NCBI GenBank assembly: GCA_028534125.1
Contig: CM052817.1
Span: 37,264,001 to 37,328,000 of the forward strand
Length of the DNA: 64,000 nt
Direction: 5' to 3'
Source: Lama glama
Taxonomy: Eukaryota
The position numbers and the translations under genes were made by a program. The notes under the pieces were generated by a model, which did no database searches, was not told the DNA's origin, and worked only from the letters and a program-made list of their open reading frames with translations. Positions 49,171 to 61,480 of this stretch are shown piece by piece; the stretch's first letter is position 1; each line of letters starts with the position of its first letter.

Positions 49171-51678
49171 GACTGAGGTTTAAAAAATAGGGATAAAATT
49201 TTTTACTCAAAGTATAGCCAAAGGTCTTCTCCCACACTGCTATTTACCTTCGGTCAGCCTTCCTCTACACAACTTTCCTTCTTCCAAACACACATCCATA
49301 TGCATCTGCCCCCAGCTTCCTTCCCGGTGCTCTGGGCTCGCCCTGTGGAGCACTCTGCACACTAAAATGTTCCAGATTTACAGGCACCTTCCTGTGACAT
49401 GCTCCTGGGGAAACCTAGGACTTGCTGTCAAGGTCTGGCCCAGGATTTGCTGGCTATTTCATTCTCGTTTCCCAAACTAGGTACTAGAAAGTCCTTGACA
49501 GAGAGGCGCGGTGGCAGTGCAGGAGGTCTCTTTTTTAAAAAAAAAAAAAAAGGTCATACCTAAGTATCACACCTAAATGCGGCACAGACACATTTGAAAT
49601 ACACAAAGCTTCACAGAATTGTTGAGGAAGAAATAGGACAACGCACATTAAAGCTAATGCCGCACAAAGAAATCCAAGCATTTATCTAGAAGACGCCATA
49701 ATCAGCATTTCCCAGACATGGATTAGAGGAGGAAACCAAAAGGCCTGCCTGAGCAAGGTTTTGACATAAAATTAATTTTATTCTCAATACAAAATAAATT
49801 ACCTAAATACCCAGGCCTATTCGAAGAACTCGCGCATACTATACTGCCTGGGTGTGCCTCCTTGGGCTGCAAAAGGCACAAGCTGCGAGCAGTATTACTT
49901 CAGAAGTGTCGTGTCCTTTGGGCAACCACCTAAACACCTACTTCCACACCCAGGATTTTAGGTGAGAATTTTTTAAATCCCTGGACAGATTTATAGACAC
50001 ACATAGCACAAAGGGAAAAAAAAAAGAAAGAAAACTATAGATTGTTAATATGGAAGAAAGAATAATGGGACAGAAAACAGAATAAGATACCCTTAACAGT
50101 CTTCCTAAAGATGAACAGTAGTATAATGTAGACTGCAAACCAGTTTTAGCTGTCAAACTCTCCCTTCAAAAAATTAAACACCCTCTACCTCTCCCCAGAT
50201 ATTTTCAAATAACAGCAAGGTTTTGGGTAGTTTTTTTTCTTTTTTAAGTGATACGCTCCAATACGTAGCAAAGAATTACTCACATGCTCCATAGAAGCCT
50301 CTTTTTACTGCCAAACTGGTCTGCCAGGCATGAAGGCTACCACAATTAATGTTACACTAACTGCAGAAATCTCTATAGTTCTCCAAAGAAATGCTTCAAG
50401 GAGAAGAGGAAAGAGATTGTAAAGGGCAAGATTACTTTAAATTAAGAGGATTGTATAGGTCACCTACCGCTATCATCGAACAAAAATTTACTGTGGAAAG
50501 ACCAAATTCTACTCGTACTGAAGGATCTGGAAGACAGGGAGCAGTGTGGAAACAGGGGTGTCACAAATACTGGCTGCCCCTTTCTGCAAGTCTTGACTGT
50601 CTCCCCACCTTCAACCCCGAATGGTAACCCACAGTGTTCTAATCTGTCTCTCCCAGACTAGCTTCCCCAAAGCAGGGCCTGGTTTTATTCCTCTCTGCAT
50701 CTCCCAGGGCCTTAGCATAATTCTGGACTAACACACACAATATACAAGCCGCATCTGTGAAATGAATGAATTTGATTTTGCCATTTCATGGCATCTCCAA
50801 CAAAATTTACAAACACAAGAAGGCCAAAAAGTAATTATGGAATATTTTATAGGGAATTCTCCATTTTTCCCCCTATATATTGGAAGCACTATATGTCTCC
50901 TCAAATTTGCAAAACTCCAGGCAACTTCACAGAACAATGTGGTTTTTTAAGATACAGAAATCCTCAACCTAAAAATAAAAAGGGAAATTCTATCACTACC
51001 ACCAATCTAATCAGATTTTTTTTTTAACCCAAGAAGCTGCTGCCTAAAGTGCAATTTAGGGATGTGAGTTTCTCAAAGAGCGAAATTTCTGATGTGACAG
51101 TAGCATGAAGTCATGATTGTTGGGGGAGGGGTACACTGGGCATGCTTGGGTGGGGTAAAGGAAAGGTATGTCTCCTTGAGACAGGACATCAAGAAATATT
51201 CCAGGATAAATGAAGAAAGAGTGTTGGAAACTTAGAAGATGTGCCGGCACCCCCATTCACTTATTAAATGAAAACTAATATTCCTAATTTTTTTAAGTTC
51301 ACCTTTAGCCAAATCACTCCTTTATAGGCAAACTTTGTTATCTCTTGATCTGTCCTTCACCAGCTAAAGCAAAAATAGACTTAAAAATGGAAAGAGAAAA
51401 AAGCCCCTAAATATCATTACTGAAACTCATAAAACCTTGCAGGAAGAAGTATTTTGAACTATAGGTACTTTAAAGATCAATACAAGTAACTAGAGAGTTT
51501 ATTGCTCCTTCCCGGTCACTGTGATTTTTACCAGTGAAGCAATTTGCTTTAGTGTCATAAAGAATTAATTTTTCTAAAGTATATAAACTTTATAAAAGTT
51601 CATAATGTGTATTAACTAAACTACTTGAACTATTCTAGAAATTCTGCTTTGATCTCCATTAAAATAAGGCATCTTTTA

Positions 51679-52278
51679 TACATGCACATCAATGTTCACA
51701 GCAGCACTATTTACAATGACCAAGACATGGAAACAAAACTAAATGTCCATAGAAAGATGAATGGATAAAAAAGATGTGGTATATATACAACAGAATACTA
51801 CTTAGCCGTAAAAAAAAAAAAAACAATAAAATAATGCCATTTGCAGCAACATGGATGGACCCGGAGATCATCATTCTGAGTAAGCCAGAAAGAGAAAGAA
51901 AAATACTATATGATATCACTCATAAGTGGAATCAAAAAAAAAGAAAAAAGACACTAATGAACTCATCAACAAAACAGAAATGGACTCGCAGACATAGTAA
52001 ACAATCTTATGGCTACCGGTGGGAAGGGATAAATTTAGGAGTTTGAGATTTGCAAATATTAACTACTATATATAAAAAGATAAAACAAGTTTCTACTGTA
52101 TAGCACAGGGAACTACATTTAATATCTTATAGTAACCTATAATGAAAAAGAATTTGAAAAGGAACATGTGTATGTAAATGGATGACTGAAACATTATGCT
52201 GTTCACCAGAAACTGACACAACACTGTGAACTGACTATACTTCAATAAAAAAAAAAAAGAATGAAAGAAAAAAGAGAG
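51679..52278 (+). mobile_element. LINE-1 3' 600 bp (ORF2 C-terminus remnant, 3' UTR and poly(A))
   Basis: ORF 51774..52046 encodes MPFAATWMDPEIIILS (L1 ORF2 C-terminus); TSD ggcatctttta at 51668-51678 and 52279-52289. Confidence 0.93.
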
Positions 52279-54595
52279 GGCATCTTTTAATTATGAAACC
52301 TAGGATCTAGTTCTTAAGATCTCATTTAAATAAATAAAAATAAGAACAGTGAGTAGCCATTCTGCACATACATAATTATAAACACTTACTTTATTTAAAT
52401 ATACAAATAAATGTGAGGGGAGTAATAAAAGCATTGGTTTTTTTAACTGAGATCACCTGAGTGTATACATTTTAATATATCTGCAAGGTTTCTGTAGAGT
52501 CACAGGAAACATTTTATTTTTTAAAAAATGCTATTTATGTTGCTGCATTACATGCAGAAATGTCTTCAGTATGACAATATGTCAACTAGCTTCTCGGTGT
52601 AAAAGTTACAAGGGGTGGAGTATACCAGAGATAGGTTTAAATAGACTTAAAAACAAAGCACCTGGATGAAAAACAAATGTAGAAAACTTAGCGTTGTTTG
52701 ACAGTAAATATGTCTAATCTGTTATTCACCAACTTTCTAACTTTTGACTGTGAACCATTACCATTCACCGTGTAATAAGGAATCAGAAATCCCCAAAAGA
52801 CTTGAAAACACTGTGCCTTTGATGGAAGATCACATGAGACCCCATGAAGCCCATTGTGGGTGTAGCAACCATGAATGATTTAGTAAGACTGGCTTAAAAG
52901 GCACTGCTTTTAAAAAGAAGAAATAGGCAAGACAAAGAACAAGTCTAGACACAGGTTCTATTTCAGTGATAATAAACTGACAAGTTCTTTCAAATGGTCC
53001 AAACTGTACGATCTAACTCCCCTTCCACAACCAGCTCTACTCACTAAAACAACCTTTAGGTTTTTTAAAAGAGGGATTTAATTTTTATTTTGAGTGGATA
53101 CATTAATTTACAAGGCAAGTAGTCTTTCGATTAAAATATAACACTACAGGGAGGGTGTTAAACCAAAGTGTGATGTTTTGTGCCCCACCCTGCCCTTCAC
53201 ACACACACAGAGTGCTCTCTCACAAATCATATTAAGTGATGGTTCTAAGTCTAAAACAACACCGCTAAATTACTTTGTCAACCACAACAGGATTTACAGA
53301 TGCATAAACCTGCTACTTTTGAGTGTACATGTCTATCAAATGTAAGTGGCAAACAATGTTCCAGAACCATGTCTAATTCTGTGTTTCACAGGGTGCATGG
53401 GCATTTTTTTTATAGTTAGGCATAAGCACAGACTACAGCGGCACCAGAAAAAAAAAAAAAAACAACTTTCCATCAGTTTCTGGATGAGGTTGAAAGAAAC
53501 TGAAGTCATATAAATAAGATAAACCATTTAATCCACGCTTTGTCTCAAAGGACGTAAAGATTTTATCCTGGGTTTGTACCAGCAGTAATCTCAACAGTCC
53601 CCCCTGGGCTAGGTGTTGGTTGTCTTGTCTCCTGGCATCACAGTTTTTAAAAACAAAAAACAGAACCCAAGGGAAAAAAAGGAAAGAAAATTACTGAAGC
53701 AGTAGACTAGAGGCACACACACTCTGAGGAAACAACCCAGCTTCAAACTACCTTGGGGATTATTGATACTATAATAAAACACAGAGGAGAGAAGGCAAAT
53801 AAAGATGGCCCTGCCCTTTGAATCTTAATTCTGAACAAGTAAATTCCTTTTATTTTTGGTCTTTAATATTGAGTAACAGGTCAGGGTCTAGAAAAAAGTC
53901 CAAAGATCATTTGAGAAAGTATAATTCACTTAATATTATAACATTATGATGATCATATATCACTTACTTAATCCTATTATCAAAAAGCACCTAAGTTTAA
54001 GAGACTACTTTGCTTTTCTATAACTTATTTAAAACTAGATTCTTTTTAGAGAAAAAAAGAAAAGTTTACAAATTCCACTGAATCTCAGGTAGATTTAATA
54101 ATCTTTTCCGGGATTATAAGTTTGGTCTGAAAGTACAAATTGCATGAGCCTTCCAGCAAAGTTCATCTCATAAAGTGATTTACTGAACTGGCAAAAGTGA
54201 AAATATGTTTAATAAAATTTTGAACAAACAAGTGCCAGTATTTCTTTTTTTTTAATAAATTCAAGAGCCAAGCTAGATAAATATATATAATTATTCTAAA
54301 ACTTATTTTAAATAGGTATTTAGAGCTTATTTTAAATAGGCATTTAATATGTGCCAAGGAGAAAATTTTCTTTGTAAAATAAATGTAGTCTAATACCTGC
54401 TGAATTTAAAAGTATTTTAAGTATAAAGTACATCAGACCACAATTCTGAAAGTTACTGTAGCAAGCAATACGTTTACGCCCATTTTGAAAACATGAAGCA
54501 GTGGCTCCACACATTTTTCTCCATCTCAATATATTTCTCAGTCCTTCTGACTCTCTGACATCCCCTCACATGGTCACATACATGTAATGAAGTTT

Positions 54596-54694
54596 GTTTT
54601 TCTTTGGGGAGTGAGTAGTAATTAGGTTTATTTATTTATTTACTTTTTTTTTAAGCATGCACTTCACCACTTTCAGCTATACCTTCTCCAGCCT
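54596..54694 (-). mobile_element. tRNA-Ala-derived SINE lacking the B-box segment
   Basis: Minus strand ggagaaggtatagctg...gtgcatgctt jumps directly to the A-rich linker and cctaattac; TSD tgtaatgaagttt (54583) / tgcaatgaagttt (54695). Confidence 0.75.
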
Positions 54695-55154
54695 TGCAAT
54701 GAAGTTTTAAAAGTACTCTTTTGACTTTAATCCAGAGCCCTTGACCCAAGACTCCAACTTTCTGAGTGTCCTCAGGCACAGTGTAACTCAGCCACATCTG
54801 CCCTACCTCCCAATATTCTCACATTTACTGTCATTCCTGTTTTCTCCCTTCCTTTCTAAACTTTCTAGAATGCAGCATCTAGGTGCCAGAGAAGAGGTAG
54901 TATGAAGAATAGATTCATCATTCTAACAGGAATGACAAAATCAACTTCCTATTAAAATTGCCTTGAAAAGATGGGAGGGTCAGTCCAGCAGAGGTAAATT
55001 ACATCTCAGTTGTACATAAATCCACCTGTGGCCCCGACTACTCCATATACCTGGCACACAGCCCCGCTGGGGGAAAGGCTCTGGGAGCCTCCTTCACTCT
55101 TCCTCATCTTATCATAACAACGTTCCCGTTTTGGGGGTGGGTGGGGGTTGACAA

Positions 55155-55241
55155 GGAAGGAAGGAAAGAAAGAAAGGAACAAGAAAGAGAGAAAGAAAAG
55201 GAAAGGAAAGGAAACGAAAGGAAACTAAAGAAAAAAGAAAA
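55155..55241. repeat. GA-rich low-complexity repeat
   Basis: (GGAA/GAAA)n, seen directly. Confidence 0.9.
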
Positions 55242-58200
55242 GATCCTTCCAACTTGAAGTTCTTTAATTAGTATACAGCCAAATCCTCTGTAAAAATAAG
55301 CAGTATTATGAACATCGCCACAATAATGCTGTCTATCAAGCAGCATTAAATGAACCTGAAAAGTTTTAGATTGGCTCCTAGCAGGTAAGTCTTACCTGCT
55401 GTACTCTCTTTTAGGTGAAAGTTTTAATAGGCCTCTCAATGTTAAAAGGTTATTTTCTTAATAACTTTCTCTCCAAAGTTTTTGTAGGACAAATAAACCA
55501 GTTTCTTCTGGACTTAACTAGAATACAGTCTTTAAACAAAAAAAAAACACTTGTGAGGGATGTAAGTCACGAAAAAACTCTATTGCTTCCTAAGTCTGAG
55601 GGTAACAGATCCTCAAACTCATTTTACAACACAGTTCTTAACTTTTAAAAAGCCAAAAAGCATAATCTAAATTCAAATCAATGAATGGAGTATTTGCACT
55701 ATAATAACTTGAGGGTTTCTCCCTGCTTCCTCATTATTTCTGCCCAATTTCTGAGCTCTCTTGCAGTGGATGGAAGATTCATTACTGTTTAACCTTAAAG
55801 TAAACCAATTCTACTTCTGGGGGTAGGGGGGGTGGAAATGAAAACACTGTCATCTTCTCTAATTTCATCACATCTATTTACAATTCAGATAGATACAGAC
55901 TATGTGAGCACAAACTATGCTGAATAAATTAATGAGAACCATAAAGCTACACGAACATTAAAATTTATCTACTATACCTGCTTGCACTGAAGCAAGATTA
56001 CTTCTGACTATTCCTAGACTACTAGAAATCAACACCACCACTTGTATGTTAAAACTTGGGTAAGAGCGCTACAATATTTCACATTTGACTTGAATTTCAT
56101 TTGTCTGCTGAAAAGCAAAGCAATAAAAGCCAAGGAGGAACGGGAAGGGGGAGGAGCGCACACATGTATACACACATATTTAAACCTTTAGGGTGCCAAT
56201 AGCTTCAATTTGTACCTTTCCTTTAGGAAGACAAAAGAAACCAACATTTGCCAAGTGATCCAGAAGTTCAAGACCAGAGTTTAAAAGAGGGACCAAATAC
56301 CTGAGTGGTAAGGAACTGTGTATTTTAAAATGTTTTTAATTTCTTTAAAATGCACTGCCAAAAATATGCTGTGATTTAGTCCGGATGCAAAACTCTAACA
56401 TTATACTTTCTCTGCTCTTATGCCATTATTTCATTAGCAAGAGACAGAGAGGGAGAGAAAGGAAAATCCACAATCCAAACCAACAACCATGCAAATCTCA
56501 AGAGGTATTCCAAGTCTCTGGCGGCCCCAAAAGGGGAAAAAAAAAAAAGCCACCCACACCACCTGTCTGTTACCTATCAAGTGTACACCAAGGGAGGGGA
56601 CATGGGAGGGGCTGAATGCCGACGGCTGGGAAGCTTTTTTACCTGGTTTGTAAGGTCAGACTCCCAGCAGCACTGAGCTACAGAGGTTTTTCGGATCCTT
56701 CTCTTCTTTGATGTTAGCCCCTAATAGAGGAGGCGAAAGAGGAGAAAAGGAGGGAAGGGAGGACGGAGTAAAGAGAGGGAGGGACGAAAGAGAAGAGGGA
56801 GATAAAAAGGGGGCACAGAGAGGGAATGGGAGAGAGAGGTTTTTCTTTGAGGCCTCACTCTCGCCTAGGACCTCAGGCTCGCACTTACTGTGGGGCAGCT
56901 GCACACTGGGGCACTTACCTCCGTGAACATGTCTTACTGCCTTCCTACATGGCAAAAGAGCTTTCCTGTTTCCATACATCCCTTTGCCAGCCCTAATCGG
57001 TGCCACTAGGTCACTGTCTTTTGTGCTGGCAGCTGCAATGGCGGCCCTGACAGGAAAGAACTTTTAATCTCTTCCCTCGTACTGAGCCATAAGCAGCAGC
57101 CAGTGCTCCCAGGCACAACTCCCCTGGCTCTGCTCCTAAAAATGCTCTCTCAAGTACACCGTTGCTTAGCAATATTTGCCTTCCCCCTGTACATTTGAAA
57201 TTGGCAACATCTGTCCCTTTGGCAGTTTTGACTTGTGCAAAGCACCATGCTCAGAGTTTAAAAACATGTATAGCTTTAAGAAATGGGCAGTCCTCCACTC
57301 CTCCCATATGCCTAACAGATCCAAGGATGAGGAAAGTCCCTCAGATGGTTTAATCTTCACTTAGCTTCAATGGTTGACACAAAAATCTACAGGATTCAAA
57401 ATATTTAAGCCCAGAAGGAGTTCCTATTAAACTGTACCTAGTAAGTAGTGCTTGCACAATGACACCTGGGTCTGAACTAAAAATCTCCTTCAGTTCGAAA
57501 TTTTCTATATACTTATTTCTATCACCAGGTATTATATGTAAGTATCTATTAGCAAAATAAGACATAAAGGAAGTTTATTCATGGAGTAGGTAGGGTCATT
57601 TTCAGCTCACATTATAGCCCGGCCTCATAAACAAAAATACAAAGACAGACATACACACACACAGACACAGATCAATGGCAAAGGGATATAAGAAGTCTAG
57701 AGAACAAAATTCACTTAAGTAATTCCAACATTATGAATTTCAAAACAAATGATCTCAAGTTTCTTAAGTTTTTAATGCATCCCTCAACACAGTCATCTTA
57801 GCATTTTACTGAGGTTACTCATTAACACTAAAAGTAGATCATAACATTGTAATTTTATACATAAGAAAAAACCTAATAAAAATAAAACTTTTACGGGTAG
57901 TATATATGTTCTGCATATAGTTTTATTTTTAACTAGCACATCGACGGGAAATAAAGGTCAGAGTATTGAAAAGCATAGAAGTCAACTAAGAATTGAACCA
58001 TGCTCTGCACATACAAACTTTGGCATGTAGATATTTTTATTCCTTTAAACAAATCAGGCTACAATTTTCTTTTTGGTCAAACCAATTTGGACATATTAGA
58101 AACACATGTTTTCAAAAACATTTTATAGGAACCAAGTTAAAGCAACAAAGGGCAGGCTGACCTGTTGCTTTCATCAAGTCTCTACCTGGAGTTCATAGAC

Positions 58201-60949
58201 AGAAAAGACTGGGTGATACTAGTGGCCACTAAAAATACATCCCGAAGGTCTCTAACTGGATTTAACAGCAGCCCTGAAATTCCATCACATGCTTGGATGT
58301 GTAATCCTGCTTAGCCACAAGCATGAATTCAACTAGAAGCCACTTCTCACCACAGCTCATCACTCACTACTTGCCCAGATACACAGTAATTCCTGTGAAG
58401 CTAGGTTTTTTATTGCAGTTTATGGGAGAAATTTGTGCAGACTTTGCAAATTGGGGAATTCTCAAAAATCTCAGCTATTCCTCCAAGTCATCCTCAGTGG
58501 TTCTGGCCTTGCAGGGAAGTGCTTATGAGCAAGGTTCTGAGTTGGACACACCAGCTTCCAGACATGGCTTTGCCAGGGGCAACTATTAAATTCAGTGCAT
58601 GGGAATAGCTTAAGCACAGTGCCTGGTACACAGTACATTCTCAATAAAATACAGGCATCACTTTTATTCAAATATTAATCTTACCATGACACAAAAGCCT
58701 CACTCTTTTCCCCCCTTTCTTCCATTCTACTAAACCTTCCCATTTCTCCACCCCATCACACAAACACAACTTTTATTTAATGAACATCTAGGAAAACTTC
58801 CTCTAGAAATGGGAAGAAAATGCTAAGGGAACGAATGACAACAAATTCTATATATTTTAATAACTACATAGTACAATCCTGGCTTGTATCTCTCTCTCTT
58901 CATTTATCCTCAGACAAAGTTTCTTCAGCTCTGAAGAAGCCATTGCGCACTAGACACCTGAGTCTGCAATATGCTTCTATTCTGAATTAATCAATCTGGG
59001 AGAAACATGACGATGTGTAGAGGCTGGGATCCTGGGCCCCAGGGACCAGGAGGACAGTGGGGGCAGGGGCTGTGGTGCTGTCCACCAGGCAAGTGCTGAC
59101 AAGCCTTGAGGGTTTGGTTGAGACTGCCTCCCGGAGACCCTTACGTCAAGCCATTTACTGGACAAGGAGAAAGTACAAGAAAGCTCCCCCTGAGATGAAT
59201 TCCAGGCCCGAAAGGGGAAAGCAATGACTGGTCATTTAGTACTGTCCTTCCTTCACCATGACTGTTCCTTGACTACAGAGTCTACCGGGCAATGATGGGC
59301 CACTAGAAAGCTAAACCCTGGGGTTTAATTAACCAACTGCTACAGCATTATTGAGTGTCTCCATTCTGAGGCTTCTGGCTTGAGACCTGCTCTTAAGGAT
59401 GAATGCCATGATCTACCCTACAGTGCCAATCAATAAATAATTATTAGGTCTGCAAGTGAGGAAAATAAAACACAGGCTGGAATACTCTTATCAAAAACAG
59501 CTATATCTTAATTACTATTCAGTGACAGCTCTGCCTTATTCTAATGTTCTGAAAATCTATGGCCCCTGTACCTGTTTTTATCTCTGAAAATGTTCAAATA
59601 GAGTCCAGCCCCAGTCTCTTTCAAATTCTACATACCTAATAACCTGCAGGACAACCTGCTGACATAGTCAGAAATACATTTCACACAGTATTATCATAAA
59701 AGCCTTCTGAAAGATATTCCTCACTCAAAAATGTCTACAATTTGGCATTCACAGAGGTAGCAGCAGTAACAGCTGTCAGCAGCAGAAACATTTATTAAGC
59801 ACCATTTGGATGGAGCAGTGGTGGAAGCGGGAAAGAAAATAACGAACAAAATTCAGTTCTGAACTGAGGAGTTTTTCAAGCATGAAAAGGTCTTTCACTG
59901 ATGAAGGCAAGGAAATGTTTTAAGTCACCTCAAGGCCTCAAGCTTATTTTTATTCTATGGCATTGTCCCATCTCTTACTGAACTCTGTAATTCTTTCCTC
60001 CATGACTCAAAGAATAGTCTAAAACAGTTTTATCTGAACTTCAGTCATTTCCACACCATCCTGACGGTGATACAATATTGTAATACTATCTGTACTCTTC
60101 TCTTTAAGTCACCTTATGATCAACTCATGTCGTTTACCTGGCCTCATCTAAGAAACAATATGTATGAAATCCTGGGTTTGATGAGCTAGAGTTATTTTTT
60201 TTCTAACTCATATTGAGATAACATAGAATAGAGATACGTGCCCATATACTCCTTTGGGAATTCATATAGTAATCACTATTATTTAAACCAAATGCTAAAT
60301 GAACGTCTTGAAGCATTTTGTTGATGTTTTTTAATAAAGCTATGGTGAGTCCCCTACCTTGTAAAATCATCCTACGTTATTCGCTTATGTAAGTGTTGCC
60401 CATCCTCTATATCAGATTCTGGAAGCCTTCACAAATTACATGAAAATATGTCTGCTCGTGCCTTTCCTTACTGGATCTGTGACCCAGAACACAAAATCAA
60501 CACTGTATGATCTGCAGTTCAGTATAATCATTTTCCAGAAGTTTCATGATGCCCAAATACAACTGAAAGCCCCCTACAGTTCTCACAACAACTAGAACAA
60601 TTCTGGAAGCCTGAAAATATAGCAGGTATTCAGCAGTTTATTAGCGGCACAAAGTATTTATTCAAGTCTCTTATTTTAAAAAGCATCATATTTTTAAACA
60701 TGAATAAAAATTAAACCATGATATAGAATTTTAATATTTCACCGAAACAACTGAGAAATACCATCAAACCAACCCAAAACATTAAGATACTTCTTAAGAC
60801 CCTGGTGATTCCTAAACACAGTTGTAGAGTCAATAAAGACAACTTGAAAAGATGGGTAATATACAAATTTTCCACAGTGTGAATCTGCTTTTACTGCTAG
60901 GCATTGTCAAGAAAAGGTGGGACATCCCAGTCTACTATATGCAAGGTAG

Positions 60950-61050
60950 ATATATCCCATTTCATTTTCACAACAGCCCTGTGGTTCAGGTGGAACTGTC
61001 CCACTTAAAGGTGGAGGAAAATGAACCCAGGTATTCTGACTCCACAGCGT
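60950..61050 (-). mobile_element. MIR SINE fragment
   Basis: 'catttcattttcacaacagccctgtg...cccacttaaaggtggaggaaaatgaacccagg...ctgactcca'. Confidence 0.55.
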
Positions 61051-61285
61051 CATCCATCAGAAACACTACTTCCCACTTACTATTTCTGTAAAGCCTTAAC
61101 ATTAAAAACTTTCCAACTAAACAAATTTCAGATTCTAAGCCAAGGCAAAGAGATGAATCTACATTTACTTATATATTTAGACAGTATTAAAATAAGTATG
61201 ATAATGATGTGATACAGAAGCTATTTATTAAATATTTACTATATGCCAGTCACTGATTTGGGGGTTTCACAAACACTGTCTTCCT

Positions 61286-61365
61286 GGGGGAGGGTACAGC
61301 TCTAGCGGTAGAGTGCATGCTTAGCTTGCACAAGGTGCTGGGTTCAATCCCCAGTACCTCCATTA

Positions 61366-61416
<51 letters not shown>

Positions 61417-61480
61417 ATAGATAAATAAATAAACCAACCTAATTACCCTCCCCAAAATAAGAAAAAGAAAAGAAAAAAAA
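61286..61480 (+). mobile_element. tRNA-Ala-derived SINE with an internal (TAAA)n microsatellite (61366-61433)
   Basis: gggggagggtacagctctagcggtagagtgcatgcttagcttgcacaaggtgctgggttcaatccccagtacctcca, then (TAAA)n, cctaattacc and an A-rich tail. Confidence 0.92.

Noticed and set aside
51774..52046. 90-aa ORF
   Set aside because: Decayed L1 ORF2 C-terminus, not a host gene.
54302..54346. 24-bp imperfect tandem duplication
   Set aside because: Ordinary AT-rich slippage repeat.
61286..61362. tRNA-Ala-like sequence (also near 7150-7222, 8795 and 19414)
   Set aside because: These are diverged copies followed by A-rich tails, mostly with the shared cctaatt segment and some with TSDs, so they are SINE heads, not tRNA genes.
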